A program made the position numbers and the translations under genes. A DNA stretch of 64,000 nt, taken from contig OZ365113.1 of NCBI GenBank assembly GCA_977030845.1, positions 18,290,001 through 18,354,000 on the forward strand, written 5' to 3'. How positions within the stretch are numbered: the first letter of the stretch is position 1; each line of letters opens with the position of its first letter. The notes beneath the pieces are model-generated. The model worked only from the letters and a program-made list of their open reading frames with translations, made no database searches and had not been told where the DNA came from. Source of the stretch: Fimbriosthenelais zetlandica (Eukaryota). Of this stretch, positions 32,501 through 45,200 are shown one piece after another.

Positions 32501-34388
32501 CTTAGATGAGGATCTATCAAATCGAGTGGAAGTGATGCAGATCGAAAATGTACAGAGACCACACACTGATGGAAGAGAGCGTTTTGGAAATATTGCTGTA
32601 CCCCCTCAGAAACCAAACAACACAGTACCTAACATCAATGACAATGAAGAGACACAACCCAAAGTTGCACAGGTACAGCAGAGATCTATAATAGCACAAA
32701 CTCCAACCGATGGTAGAAATGGACCACAAGCTACAGTGAGTGCTGATGCATTACCTCAGACTGAGCTACAGTGTGTCAATCCACAGGGTATACAGAGTTT
32801 TACCTCCACAGAAGGACTACTGCCTCGCCGTGACATGCCCTTGTCACTACCACCTCCTAACACACGTGTAGAAAACACCGACCCTTCACAAAGCTTGAGA
32901 AATTATGGAAATGTGAGTACTACAGGACAGAGCACTTCCCTGTCTACAGTAGGCAGTCCCCGTTCTCTAGGCCATACTGGTCCATTGAGCTTCGCAGGAA
33001 TTAACAGCAACAGGAATGCTGTACCAGAGGAAGATGGACCATCTGATGGTGAATTGGAACATGATGCTGTGCCTTCATTAACCTCCCCGCAAAGTCCCAA
33101 CATGGAGTTCCCATTACAAGCTGATCCACGACTAGGTAGATACATATGCTTAAAAACACAATTAACACGTTAAATTATCACCCCTTTCATTTATTTTTTC
33201 CTATATTATTTGCCTTTGTGTATAAATAATATCAATTTATAAATTTAGTAATGCGGTTTTTCTGGTGGTTTTTTTTACCAGGTGATAGTCAGCCGGCTGC
33301 ACACAGAACACCACAGGGCCCCACGAGTTTACCTCCTTCTTATAGTGCAGCTAACACATATTCCATACCAGTAAGACTCTTCTTATCAAACCCCATCAAA
33401 TACGAACTCCACGTATATAATCCCTTGCTTCATACGATCATAGAAATAAAGTTTCTTTGATTTTCCTTTAAAATATATCAGGCTCTTTGAATTATTGAAG
33501 AGTATCATCTCTATCCTATTTATTACAGACGCCTGTAAATGTTGCAATTGGAAGTGCGCAGCCTGTTATTGTCCACGAGCAAGGTACATTTAATGAAAAA
33601 AAATTACAGATTGCTTATTACATACACTAAAAAGCCCATCATATTAGTGTGGAAAATAATGGGTCCTATTTCTATTTCACAATCAATCAATTTGTTTTTT
33701 CAAAAAAAATACAGAAGGCCGTGGGAAAACCACGATATACCAGACTGAAGGCGTTAATAAAGGATTCGTCCAGATAGGCGACGGTAATTACATGGTGGTA
33801 AACCCAGTCAATCCTCCACCTGTTCTCCCTCAGCCTAGGGCCAAACCAAGACCACCAAAGGGAAAACGGCCTACAGGTAAGGCGCTCAATTGCATTTGTA
33901 ATTGCAATGAAGAAACGAAGAAAGCTTCTGTCAACTGACTACCGGTAGTTAAAATTTGAGTAGTGTCATTCAATGATTTATTTTAGAATTGCTAGGAGAT
34001 TATTTATCTCAGAGATCCATGAATTTTGTATCCATGATTATTATCTCAGGTTTCCACTTTGTACTCTTTCGTCTCTTGAAACATTTCTTCTAAGAAATGT
34101 ACTTTCTCTTTCATTTCAGAATCACAAAAAATGATCACAGACGCTAATATCCAATGCGTTAGTGACGAGTTGGGAAACTACTGGAAAGCCCTGGGTTACA
34201 AACTCGGTTTCACACCAGGCGACCTGGATGCACTGAAACATGATTACTTCATGGATGGACTCAAGGAAATCATACGCCAAATGCTGTGGATGTGGAAGAG
34301 ACAACATGGCAAGAGAGCCACACAAGCCGCGCTTGCCCGCAGCCTCTGGGACATTGACAAATTTACATTATCACTTGGAATTTCATAG
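29577..34388 (+). CDS. RIPK1: RIPK1-like Ser/Thr kinase with RHIM and C-terminal death domain
   Basis: Exons give LGSGGFGKVF..VAVKK..HPNIVLFMG..IIHRDLKAPNVL..IADFGLS..GTPAYIAPE..DVYAFGILLWE..RPRF. A long Pro/Ser/Thr linker follows, then the RHIM TIYQTEGVNKGFVQIGDGNYMVV (exon 33715-33876) and the death domain LGNYWKALGYKLGFTPGDLDALKHDY..GLKEIIRQMLWMW (34120-34388). Orthology to RIPK1 rather than a paralogous clade is inferred from domain architecture. Confidence 0.88.
31289..32174. mobile_element. Non-autonomous piggyBac-type MITE (886 bp) in a RIPK1-like intron
   Basis: TTAA at 31285-31288 and 32175-32178. Perfect 13-bp terminal inverted repeats CCCTTTAATGCCG / CGGCATTAAAGGG. No transposase ORF. 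Confidence 0.9.
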
Positions 34389-34772
34389 GATTCTACGCTG
34401 GCGAGAAAAAATCCTGTAAAGTATTGCATTTTATTATACTACGAAATTTAAAAGCTATTGATGCTCTTATTATTGGATGATCTGCTGTTACGATATTGAT
34501 ATATACAATGTAAACGGTATTTTATTATTTGGTAGCTGGTGAACTACTTCCTTCATTTCTTTATACATAGATGAAGTAATCTATGCCAGAGAAAATATTA
34601 CCTAGAAGGTATAAATATTATCTTTTTGTTCCATAGTGAAAGCTGGAATTAGTTGGGGAATTTAATCCGAATTTTTGACGGAAGATGATACAACGGAAAA
34701 TGATTACAGCAGACATCTCTATCATTCAATTCATAAATAATTGAGTCAATGACAATAAAATTAAGAATAGAC

Positions 34773-37700
34773 CTATTCAACTTGAGGGCCTTGATCTGTA
34801 TTCATTACATGCCTCTCCGTCTGTCCGTCTGTCGTGAGAGCTTTGAGACCCAACTTTTTGTGAAACTTTACTCTATGAGTCCGCAGAGTACCTGAGACTT
34901 TCGTTGTGAAACCACAAAGTTTACAGACATAATCCTGAGCAATTGAATGTTCGTGTGCGCGATGAGCAACAAGTGCTCGGTGAGTATTCCCCGTATAGCT
35001 ACAGAGGTTACATTTGAAAGATTGGACTCCTGTGTGAATTCTTGTCTCGTGTTGCGTAACCTGATATTTGTGTTTGAAGGCCTTAGAGCAGTAACTGTGT
35101 GGACAGAGAAACGGCCTCTCGTCAGAATGTTTATTCAATTCATGCTTTCTCAGGGCAGATTGGCTAACATTGCTGTAGTCACAGTAAGGACAGAAGTGGA
35201 CTTTTTGATGAGAGTTGATCATTTTATGGCGTCTATACTCGTGGGTTTTTACCGCCACAGCATATCGGCTTGTGAAGGCACAAACACTACAGTTAAACTT
35301 CTCCTTCCCATGCAAGACCTTTTTGTGTTCCTTTAGTATTTGAACCGTTTTGAACCTTTTCTCACATATATTGCAATAAATCTTATTTCGCTCATGCTGT
35401 TGGCAGTGACTTTTGTATGCATACCGCTTTACAGTCCTGAATTGACAATTCTTACATTCGTGGACTTTTTTGTCGGTTATTTCCTGAGACTTTATTTCGT
35501 GGGTTAGCAGAAGGTGGTCATAGTAAGTGGTCACTGTATTAAAAACCTCATCGCATCTGTCACATTTACGCTGATACCTAGTGGTATGTTTACCTCGGAA
35601 ATGTTCTACTACATGGTACTTTTTGACAGCCGTGTAGCTACAAAGGGGGCAAAGAAACCTCCCATCCACTTTATCTTGCACCCTGCACCAGTCCATGTGT
35701 TTCTCACTGTTCTCAACGCTCATAAACACCCTCTGACAGAAGCTACATTTATGTACTCGCTCAGGATGTTTGGATTTGGCGTGTCGTTTCAATTTAACTT
35801 CCTTAGGGAATTCACAAGTACACCATGGACAGGGCCAGACTTTAATATCCTTGGTACTGGAGTTCTTTTTGCTTCCGCCTGCAGATTGTTTTATGATCAT
35901 AATATGAGTATCACGCCAATTTCCTCCGTGGGAATTCTGGTCCCCTCCATCCTCTATCACACCATCTACATTGCTCTCAGATATATTTTGAGCATTAGGC
36001 GGTGGAAGTAGATTATTTTGATCTTCTGGCTGTGTACCACTTTGAGGTTGGACTTCTATTTCGTTTACGGCAATAACTGTCTCTACGTCATTCTGGCATA
36101 TCATGCCTTCCTCATTGGGAAGATCAAGTCTTTCTGAAGGCATTAATTTATTGTGATCAGTCAGCATGCAATAATCATGAAAACCAGCATCCTCATTTGC
36201 TGCCGCTAGAACAGTCACATTACCCATTTTCATATTATCGTTAATCTCACCAAGGTCTTTGTGTGGATTGGTTATAACCTCAGTATTGTCCAGATTAATT
36301 GCAGGCGACTCAGAGGGAACATTACTTTGGATTTGGCTTGGTAACTTATCAGATTCACCAGAATTGCGTTGTTCTGTGTTGTTCATTGTCCCCTCAGTTG
36401 TTTCGGAATGTATAGGGTTTTGATGACTAGTATACGAAGCAAAGAAGTTTTGTATATCCAAAAAGGGATTCAGATCATACTCGTTGCTACTGTCAGTCAC
36501 AATCGCATGGTTCTTCTGTGGGTCCGTCTCAGCAAGGTTCTCATACATACTAACATTAGAATCGCCATTTATTTGGCTGGGTTCCATGTCACCAGATCTT
36601 TCCTTCCGTTTCATAGGAGGACAGTTTCGAGGTAACCTACCGTTTTGGATTGAGCCAGTTGCATTAGAATTTGATTTGGGCTCCTTGGTTGTCTCTATGT
36701 CTGAAAGAACCAATATGTTGGTCGAGACCTGATGATCTTGAGTATCTTCCTGAGTTACATCCGAATTGCCACCTTTGAGTAAACTATTCAGAACAGGATT
36801 AAGTAGAGCTAGGTCCGTTTGAGGGACAATGGTATTTTTCCCCTGATCTTGATCGGTCGGAACAATTGGTTGAGGTTCCTCATTTATTTGTTGCTCGGGA
36901 ATTCTTATCACGGGTCCCGCAAGGAATCCTGGTTTCCCACATGATGTGACAGGGACATTGGCGATGTTCATCTGACCACCATGTTCAGCAGTTAAAGTGT
37001 TATCCCCTTCATGCCGAGAAGACGAACAGCTGTCAAAATCGCTCAAATCCGAGTCAGGGCTCTTGGGACGATTCAGAGAATGTTTTTTCCCCCAACGGGA
37101 GTAGGTCCGTGTGCGGCTTGACCCCTGTTTATATTTTTCGGGCTGCTTTCTCGTTTTTGTTAAGGGCGTTTTAAATGTGCTGCATACCTGTGACAAAAGA
37201 ATCACAAATATTTAGAAATTATAAATGTTTTTTTTATTCTATCCTACCTTTCTAATATTTTGGCAGGAAACCCACATTTACACAACAGGCAATTTCCGAT
37301 GATATTGATGAAGTTCTTCTATTTTATAGAACTAGAATAATATGATTTTTTCAAGAATTAAAGATTTTACCTCATGCAAAAGTTCTATTTGAAGTTGTTT
37401 CCCAAGTGTGTCAATAGCATCCACATTGTGTTTGGTGATGTGCATTTGTCCTGTATATAAAAAATCCAGTATCAACATCATGTCACCGGCGTTTATCCCA
37501 TTAATCTGAAAAATCACAGACGAGTCCTCTCCACCAAGGATATTCTGGAAGAATTTGCTTGTTGCTGCGAGGATGCACTGGGGAAAGAAAAAAGGGCAGG
37601 ATATAATTTTTGTATGCGTGCAAAACACGTACATTTTTAAGACCCCACACCCTAACACCCCTCCTATGCGACCAGTTCTGTCCAGTCCCGTTCTTATATA

Positions 37701-38278
37701 CGGTATTTTAATATACATCCCCCCTTAAACGGAAGACCGACTGTTTCCGGTTTCTGACCACTTTTTTTAGTCCCATTATTTTCTCATACAACAATTAGGG
37801 CAATGGGCCTTATGGGTTAACTTTGGCCCAATTTTTAATGGAAAAAAAAAGAAAATCAAATCAAATTTTTTATCGTCTTCTTTCGTACAGAATGTTTTGA
37901 TAGTCCTAGTTCACCTTTTCTCCACTAATTTCCTTGTTTCTGTTTTTTCTTGCCGCGACCGGGATTCGAACCCGCGCAGGCTGTAGTCCTGCACGCTAAC
38001 CATTGCGTCACCGAGTCCCATGATTCAGTGGCGCCGCCGGGCGGGGAACGGCGTCATCTTTGCAAAACAGACCCACCACTTCTATGGAGAACGACTGGCG
38101 CCACTGTGCGTAGTGTGATTAGGGGGTATTGTAATTTCATTTTTTTAAAGCAAAGGCTCACCTTATGTGCAGGAAACGCTATATCGCCAACCATTAGAGT
38201 AATATCACACAATGATTCTGTTAGCCTCAAGTTGTTCAAGCGACGCATAACCGCCGTACACACTTGTTTTTGATCCAT
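34773..38278 (-). CDS. BTB/POZ domain plus about 11 C2H2 zinc fingers transcription factor (ZBTB-like), about 910 aa
   Basis: Exons 38278-38162 (LNNLRLTESLCDITLMVGDIAFPAHK), 37577-37371 (CILAATSKFF..LILDFLYTG) and 37187-34773 (acidic linker, 11 CxxC..H fingers, with a TGVQSFKC linker). Confidence 0.92.
37951..38017 (-). pseudogene. Compact 67-nt tRNA-like element (SINE head or tRNA pseudogene) in ZBTB intron 1
   Basis: Minus strand reads GACTCGG TG ACGC AATGGTTA GCGT GCAGG ACTACAG CCTGC GCGGG TTCGAAT CCCGG TCGCGGC A, followed by an A-rich tail. Confidence 0.65.
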
Positions 38279-39222
38279 GATGTTAGAAACACCTGCAACA
38301 TTATTACAGTCAATATAGTACCGTACAGATGTGTCAATTTTGTCGCCCAGAAATGATGAATTCCGGTACCGGTATTTGTAACGTTAGGCCTATTCGAATT
38401 TTGTAATCATTAATTTATAGATTTTTAAGTGACAAATTGACATTATTTGGACAAAAATCAAGATTTCTAGAGTTTAGTTATGTAGGTCACACTTTGTAAT
38501 ACTTATATTATAATTATATAATATAGATTCTGCTTAGTACTGTAGTAACCCTAAGCCTAAGTCTAAGGTGCTTAATATATATGTGAGCTCAGCCTCATCA
38601 GGCTCATGTTTCAAACGTGGACATGGACTCCACTAACTTGAGGCACTTCTTCAGCCTCGCCACAGCAGACTGTTAGGGCCAGTAAACAAAATCTAGTTCA
38701 TTATGGCCATGATAAAGTACGGACAAACATAGATACCTTCAATAAGACCAATTATTGCTCAGGAAAGAAGAAAATTCCATTTTCTGGTATGCTCTTCGAC
38801 GCTGACCAAGCCGGAAGTTCTCTGAAAAAGGTGAAACACTTAGTGAATGGTATGGCGTATGCGATGCAACGGTTTAATAACATGTTTGACTTCGAGTTTG
38901 TACTTTATTAAGTTATTCTGACCATCAAACCGATAAATACATATTTGCTTTCTCAAATATTGGAAAATTAACGTTACATTTGATAGATCTACAGGAAATA
39001 ATTTCAATATAGCAGTTTAGGATCAACCATCGTCCAGAGACAGGAAGACGTCATGATGCGCAATAAACTGCGCAGAAGATCCATTTTTAACGATGTCAGA
39101 GAGGTGGACCCCTGGCCCAGACGGAAACAAGATACAATTCTGTGGATGATATCTCGCCCATGCCGTGGATAAACCCCGGAAAAGACTAAATAGTAATAGA
39201 AGAGGCTAGGTATCACGTTAAA

Positions 39223-42200
39223 ATGGCGCAATGCAAGCAGTCTGCCGCGGAAGTGATCAACAATGCCTTCGCTCCGATGGTGGCTGCTCTCTGCAGCCAC
39301 GATGCAGAACTGGTGTGTCAGAAAAACAACTTATCATTTTGCGAACTCATTCAGCCTTTCTGTAGGCTTAACACTGAAGGTAAATAGTATGTTTGTCCAT
39401 TGTTTATTCGCCTTTGTTATATGTTTCGAAAATTCTTGATTGATAATTATTAGAGGCTACCACGTAATCGTATTGTTGTGAGTCGTTGGGGGTGTGTATT
39501 CTCAGACTCAGTGCCAGTGGCATGGGGGAGTGTCTCTTTACTTTAGTTTCAAGGCGTGACTGGCCGGACCCTCCCACTTTTTATAAATTGCTTGCTTTCA
39601 TTGATTCATAAATCAGTCTTAATTTCTTTCTGCATCACGTTTATGCGATTTATCTGAAGATTCTTATCTGATTGGCAGATTGCCCATAAACATTACAATT
39701 TACCGGTACATACATGATACTTCTACAAAATAACTTAAAATACATACTACTTGTCAGTGAGTTTTATTTTAATTTAGACTGATTCAGACAATTCTATCGG
39801 GGAAATATGCCATGCAAGCTATGCAACTCTGAGCTGTATGACCAATGTCATTGAACCTCGACATTACAATAAACAATTTAAGCAATTAAGTTGCTAATAT
39901 AAATTAAAAATTCTCACCTCCTCAATTTTTTCCTTTTTATTAGGCCTATGGTACTTGACATTTGCATGAAAGTTCATTGTTAAAATGTTTGCCTTGAGTT
40001 TTGAAGGATTAGATTCAAGCACAATGCAAAGCATTGAAATAATAAAAAAAGAAAAAAAAATCACCTATGTTGTGCAGTCAATGACCATTTCAGATGTGTA
40101 AATGTGTCATGTTATATGCTTTGCAGCCCATATACGTGATCCTGGTAGCACGGCACATCCAGTACATAACTTGCATGTGAACGTGAGAGAGATGAGTCAG
40201 ATTCCGCCCAGCCCGACCATGGCCCGCAAGATGCTAAATGATGTAGTTGCCAATTGTCAGCCACAGACTGAGACATCAAGAACCAACGTTATAACTGTAG
40301 GCGACTATGACTTACAGCTCTCAGGTACCGTAATTCCATCGACTTTGTTTTATGTAAAGTAACGTCTCGTATACATGACGTAACAGTTTTCTCTAAACTC
40401 TTTCTTATATAGTTCGTAGTGAAATAAGATTTCTTGGAGTTTTAAGAACAGTTTTTATTTTCCAGCTTCCACGCCTTGGTATGAGGCATATCGTGATTGT
40501 TTCCTTCAGGTCGCGGTACCTTCGGACCACGAATTTCTCAAGCATTACTTGGCTTGTATCCTTACATTTGCAGAGTTTAACATTTTGGATATTTTTGATT
40601 GGATAAATTTCCTTATTTTTTCTTTATCAAACATCATTATTTTATAAGAAGATTTAACGGAGTGTTCGTCCCGTTGTATTCCTTAATGAATGTTAGGTAT
40701 ATTTGTGGTGACATCCTCCCATCCCGACCCGATGGAACAATTTTCTAAGCTGACCCAGCAGCAGCATCAACAACAGCATCAGAACGCTAACAAACTTCCT
40801 AAATGGTTCTGTCCTAATGTCCTCCGCTACTATGTCCTCCTCCACGACGTCTGTGACGGAGATGAACAGAAGTGAGTAAAACTTTTGATCCTTTCAATTT
40901 CGTTGTCATTTTGTGTATCTCAGTGTTGATTTTTGTTTGCTAGTGAAGCTGTTTGCTAACACACATTGAAAATATGTTTCAGGGCCGAATCCTTGTATCA
41001 AAATATGAAGTCAACGTATGGTGTGAACGCTTGTCACTTGCTGCAGATCAACTCACGACCTCAAACCTCTCCTGATGATCAGTCCAGCGAGCATGACAAC
41101 CTCCCTGACCCATGGACTCAGTTTCTCTCTAAAAAACCCACAGACATCCCTGTAAGCCATGTGAATTATTACATAATAACCACAGGTTATAATCAACATG
41201 ATGTTACCTCTCATTGTAAATGATCAACGTAAGGAATTTGAAATTTTGATATTTTAAAGTACTTGTAATATTAGTATCTTATCGCATGCTCTCTTAATCT
41301 TGATATTGCTCGTCTAAAGGTTTTGATAATTGTTTTTCCAGCAGGAATCGGGAGATTATGAAAGTAACGAGACGAAAATTGAGAGTGAAGCGTTTCCAAC
41401 GAAATTGGCGGAGGGCACGAATGAACTTGTATCAGAGAATTCTGTCGAGGATGCCACGGAAGTGACAGAAGGTGATTTAAATTTCTTTATCTCAAAACAT
41501 CCTCAAGAATACTACCTCTTAGGATCTTACCTCTAGGCAAATTATTCCCCGTGTTAGCTTATTCGAATATTTGCATATTTGCTTAAAATTTAAATCCGTT
41601 TTACTTTACGGGTAATTTATTTTGTAGACTCTGAAGGACAGACATCACAGCGTTCCATTCCATTTGACCACCCGCTGGCGCAGGACACGACCGATTCTCC
41701 CACCACTGGTACCATAGACACTAATCATGTGGAGAACAGTGTGGACAACCGTATCCCGCGTGACAGCCAGAACAACGCTATCAGTATCCAACTGAGGGAG
41801 AAATCCAGTAAAATCGCTAACCAACACGGGCATTTTCTGAGTCTTAGTGATCACGACCGAATCAGGATCTTTGTCCATGAATTCATTGTACGTGGCCTCA
41901 TTCCCTGGGCTGAACGGACGCTTAGATTGCTAAGTGAGCAGGTAATATCTTTAATTTATTTATTTTATTCCTTCAAAATACTAATACTAGTTTCATACAT
42001 AATTATAAAGTACAGGAATCTCACTGATCTTGGAATACTCTGATAATTGGTTGATTCCCACTTTTTATACTGAACATAATGCTTTATTTTCATAGCTGAC
42101 GTCGAGAAAGGGTATTCACCGATCCTTCTTTAATGCCACAAAGAAATGGTTTGGTGGCAGTAAACCTGGCGGACCTGCTGCTGCTGTACAAGAGAAAGCC

Positions 42201-45200
42201 AACGTGGTGTGAGTATTCAAACTCCTCTACAATGAGATATACATGTTTATAATATAATATACAATCTCACAATTTTATGTATTATGGATATCCATTTATT
42301 TTAAGGAATTTAATAAATTAAATTTAAACGGTAATAAATTAAAACGCTAATGTTTTACAGTTACACGCTAGAAGCGCCCGAAATGCAGACCAGACGCCTG
42401 GCAGACTTGGCCTTCATGTTCCAGCTGTATGAGATAGCTTATCAAACGTATCAAACATGCAAAAGAGATTTTAACAACGATCATGCATGGCTCTACTTTG
42501 CTGGAGCTACGGTGAGTAATATTGAGGCTGTTGCTAAAACAAAGTCAATGCTATGAATTTTTGTGATTTATATATTATATTTTTAAAATTTCTTAATTAT
42601 CATTTTGTAGGAGATGGCATGCATGTCGGTCTTTATGCAGGGTAATGCTAGTCAAAGGCAATACCCTCATCTATATATGGACACGGCTGTTACCACCTAC
42701 CTCAGCACCTGCAAGTCAGTACACTTTCTATAAATAACAAAAATAGACAAATAATTGATCCCGATTCCACATCTTCCTCAGATTGATTTGATTTCTGAAT
42801 CTGAATGCATCGATATTCTTATACATTGAATTTCTAGATCGCCGCAATTTGCGACGCGAGCTACGATGTTAAGCACCGAGGCCTTGAAGAGCAGGGGCAT
42901 GTATGCCGAGGCTGCCATGCAATTTATCAAAATGACTAGTGAGGTATGTAACGCCCTATCTCTATCAAATAAGCCCATATAATATGAGATGACATTTAAT
43001 CATGTTTATAAAGAAAGGCAGCTGTAGTGAACGTTAAAGGCCTCATAACAGGTTGAAATACAGTTCAGCGCATACAATGACACATCTTTCTCGTTTTCCA
43101 TTTATAATAACATCCAAATAAAAAAAACTACCACTTTTTGTCCCTATTTATTGTAAATCCTCTGTTTAGTGATTTTGTTGCCAGCCGGTTTGACCCCCAT
43201 TTACCTGACCTTGACCTGTTACCTTGACCTGTATTTAGCTTGCGGACAGAAGCGCAGTGTGGCGGCCTTTATATGCTCAGAATTTAGAGACTGTGGTAAG
43301 GCAACACAAAAACCGTATAAAGGCCTATTTTTGAATTCTGGTACCATTATTTTCCCCCCTCGTTTGTGCTCAGTGTGCTTGTATTTTGGTACAGAAATTT
43401 TTCTTGGTTGGACCGAATTGTCTACACGCATTATGTCATAATTGTCACCTCGCTTCTGGTTCCGCTTTTCTTCAGGCTTTGTCTGGTGAAACACGAGAAA
43501 AGAAATTATCATACTTACGAAATGAAGAACTTATCATACTTACTAGGAAATCATTGCATGGAAATTGCTCTGATCATTTTGCATGTTCATATTCCACAAT
43601 TTGACGCACATTGCTTAAAATGAAAAAAAAATGGTTCCAAGGTCACTCATCTTCTGCCGTGTAAAAAATAAATTAAACTGGGGAACTATGTTTCCTTTCA
43701 ATTGTGTCAGAACTGTATTCTCAGCAGCTTTATTGACGGCTTTTGCCAAGAGAAATAATGTTTACTCCAAAAATAACCAGCTGATATTTGTTACCTTAAA
43801 TCATCGGGATACAGGGTCCTTATCACTAAAAGGAGTTGATTTTGAATGGAAAGACTGGCATTCACTAATTTCTCAGTAAATCTAAAACCTGTTGTAATTA
43901 ACAGTTAATTGACAATTGGGTGATTCTTTATGTTAATGTGTTAAAGGCTGCATCCTATGAGGTAGGTCTTAATACAAAAAATACAGCATGTCTAACCCCG
44001 ATCCATTGAAGCTTCCTTAGATGTTTTCATACACTTCGTAGTATAGCTTTGAAAAGTCATTGTTAATTTATTTCCTTCCCTACCTAACCCATAATCATGC
44101 CCTGTAAATGTTTTGTCAGTTTATTTTTGCTGTGAATTTGAAGTCGCCTCATAATTTTATATTGATATGTATCACAATACACAATCAAATTTTCCACTCT
44201 TCATCCACAAACCAAATTTTCACCTTAGATGGATTTATTTTATGTACTGCACCCTTCAATTGCCATAATACAAAAGTAAAGTTTCAGCCCCCATATATAA
44301 TGGTGGTATAATTATGTAAATGTTTACATATAATGTTATTTTCATTTTGTGTAATTAATTTGTCTAAATTTCATATAATCTGCATTCATAATGGAGCCTG
44401 TTACAATGGGTCCCGACCGATGAGTTTATTTTTCAATGGATCACTTCCGTGACATTTTGTGGAACGCACCAAAGCTCGATATAGAAAAATTGTTTTTAAA
44501 AATGTTTTTAATATAATGTCAGCAAAGGAGATCCAAATGTCCCTTACTTTTGTTGCTGGAGACTGATAACATTTTTGCTGAAGCGTGGGAACTAACCATC
44601 ACCTAACTGTCTGGCTTGATTATCAAAGGTCTAGATAGCTGGATAGAATATTAGTTTATGTACTGTTTAAATGATCAGTATTTGCCTTTTATTCCAGGAC
44701 TCGGACTTGCGGAGTGCATTGCTGTTAGAGCAGGCGGCACATTGCTTTATCAACATGAAGGCTCCGATGGTCCGCAAGTTCTCATTTCACATGATTCTTG
44801 CTGGTCATAGATTTGGAAAGGCTGGACAGGTAAAATATCAATTCATTATTTGCCCGTCTTGTAGTGCTACTTTTCCTCTTTCGTCTAATTTATGAATGCT
44901 TGTCTTCTTTACAAAATAACTTTATATTTCAGCGAAAACATGCTCTACGATCCTATTCCCAAGCATTGCAAGTTTACAAAGGGAAGAACTGGACATTAGC
45001 GGAGGTACTATTACATTCTTACTTTTGTCGTTTTCTATACAGATATTCATATATTTCCCAAATCAGAGCATGACTTTTCAAAACGAACTGAGACGAATTT
45101 CTCTCATTTCAGGATCATATAAATTTCACTATTGGGCGGCAGTCCTTTAACCTGAAGCAGCTGGAGAACGCGTGTGCTGCCTTCAAACATTTATTAGCGT

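Noticed and set aside
34947-36732. Plus-strand ORFs antisense to the zinc-finger exon
   Set aside because: Shadow ORFs of the long minus-strand coding exon.
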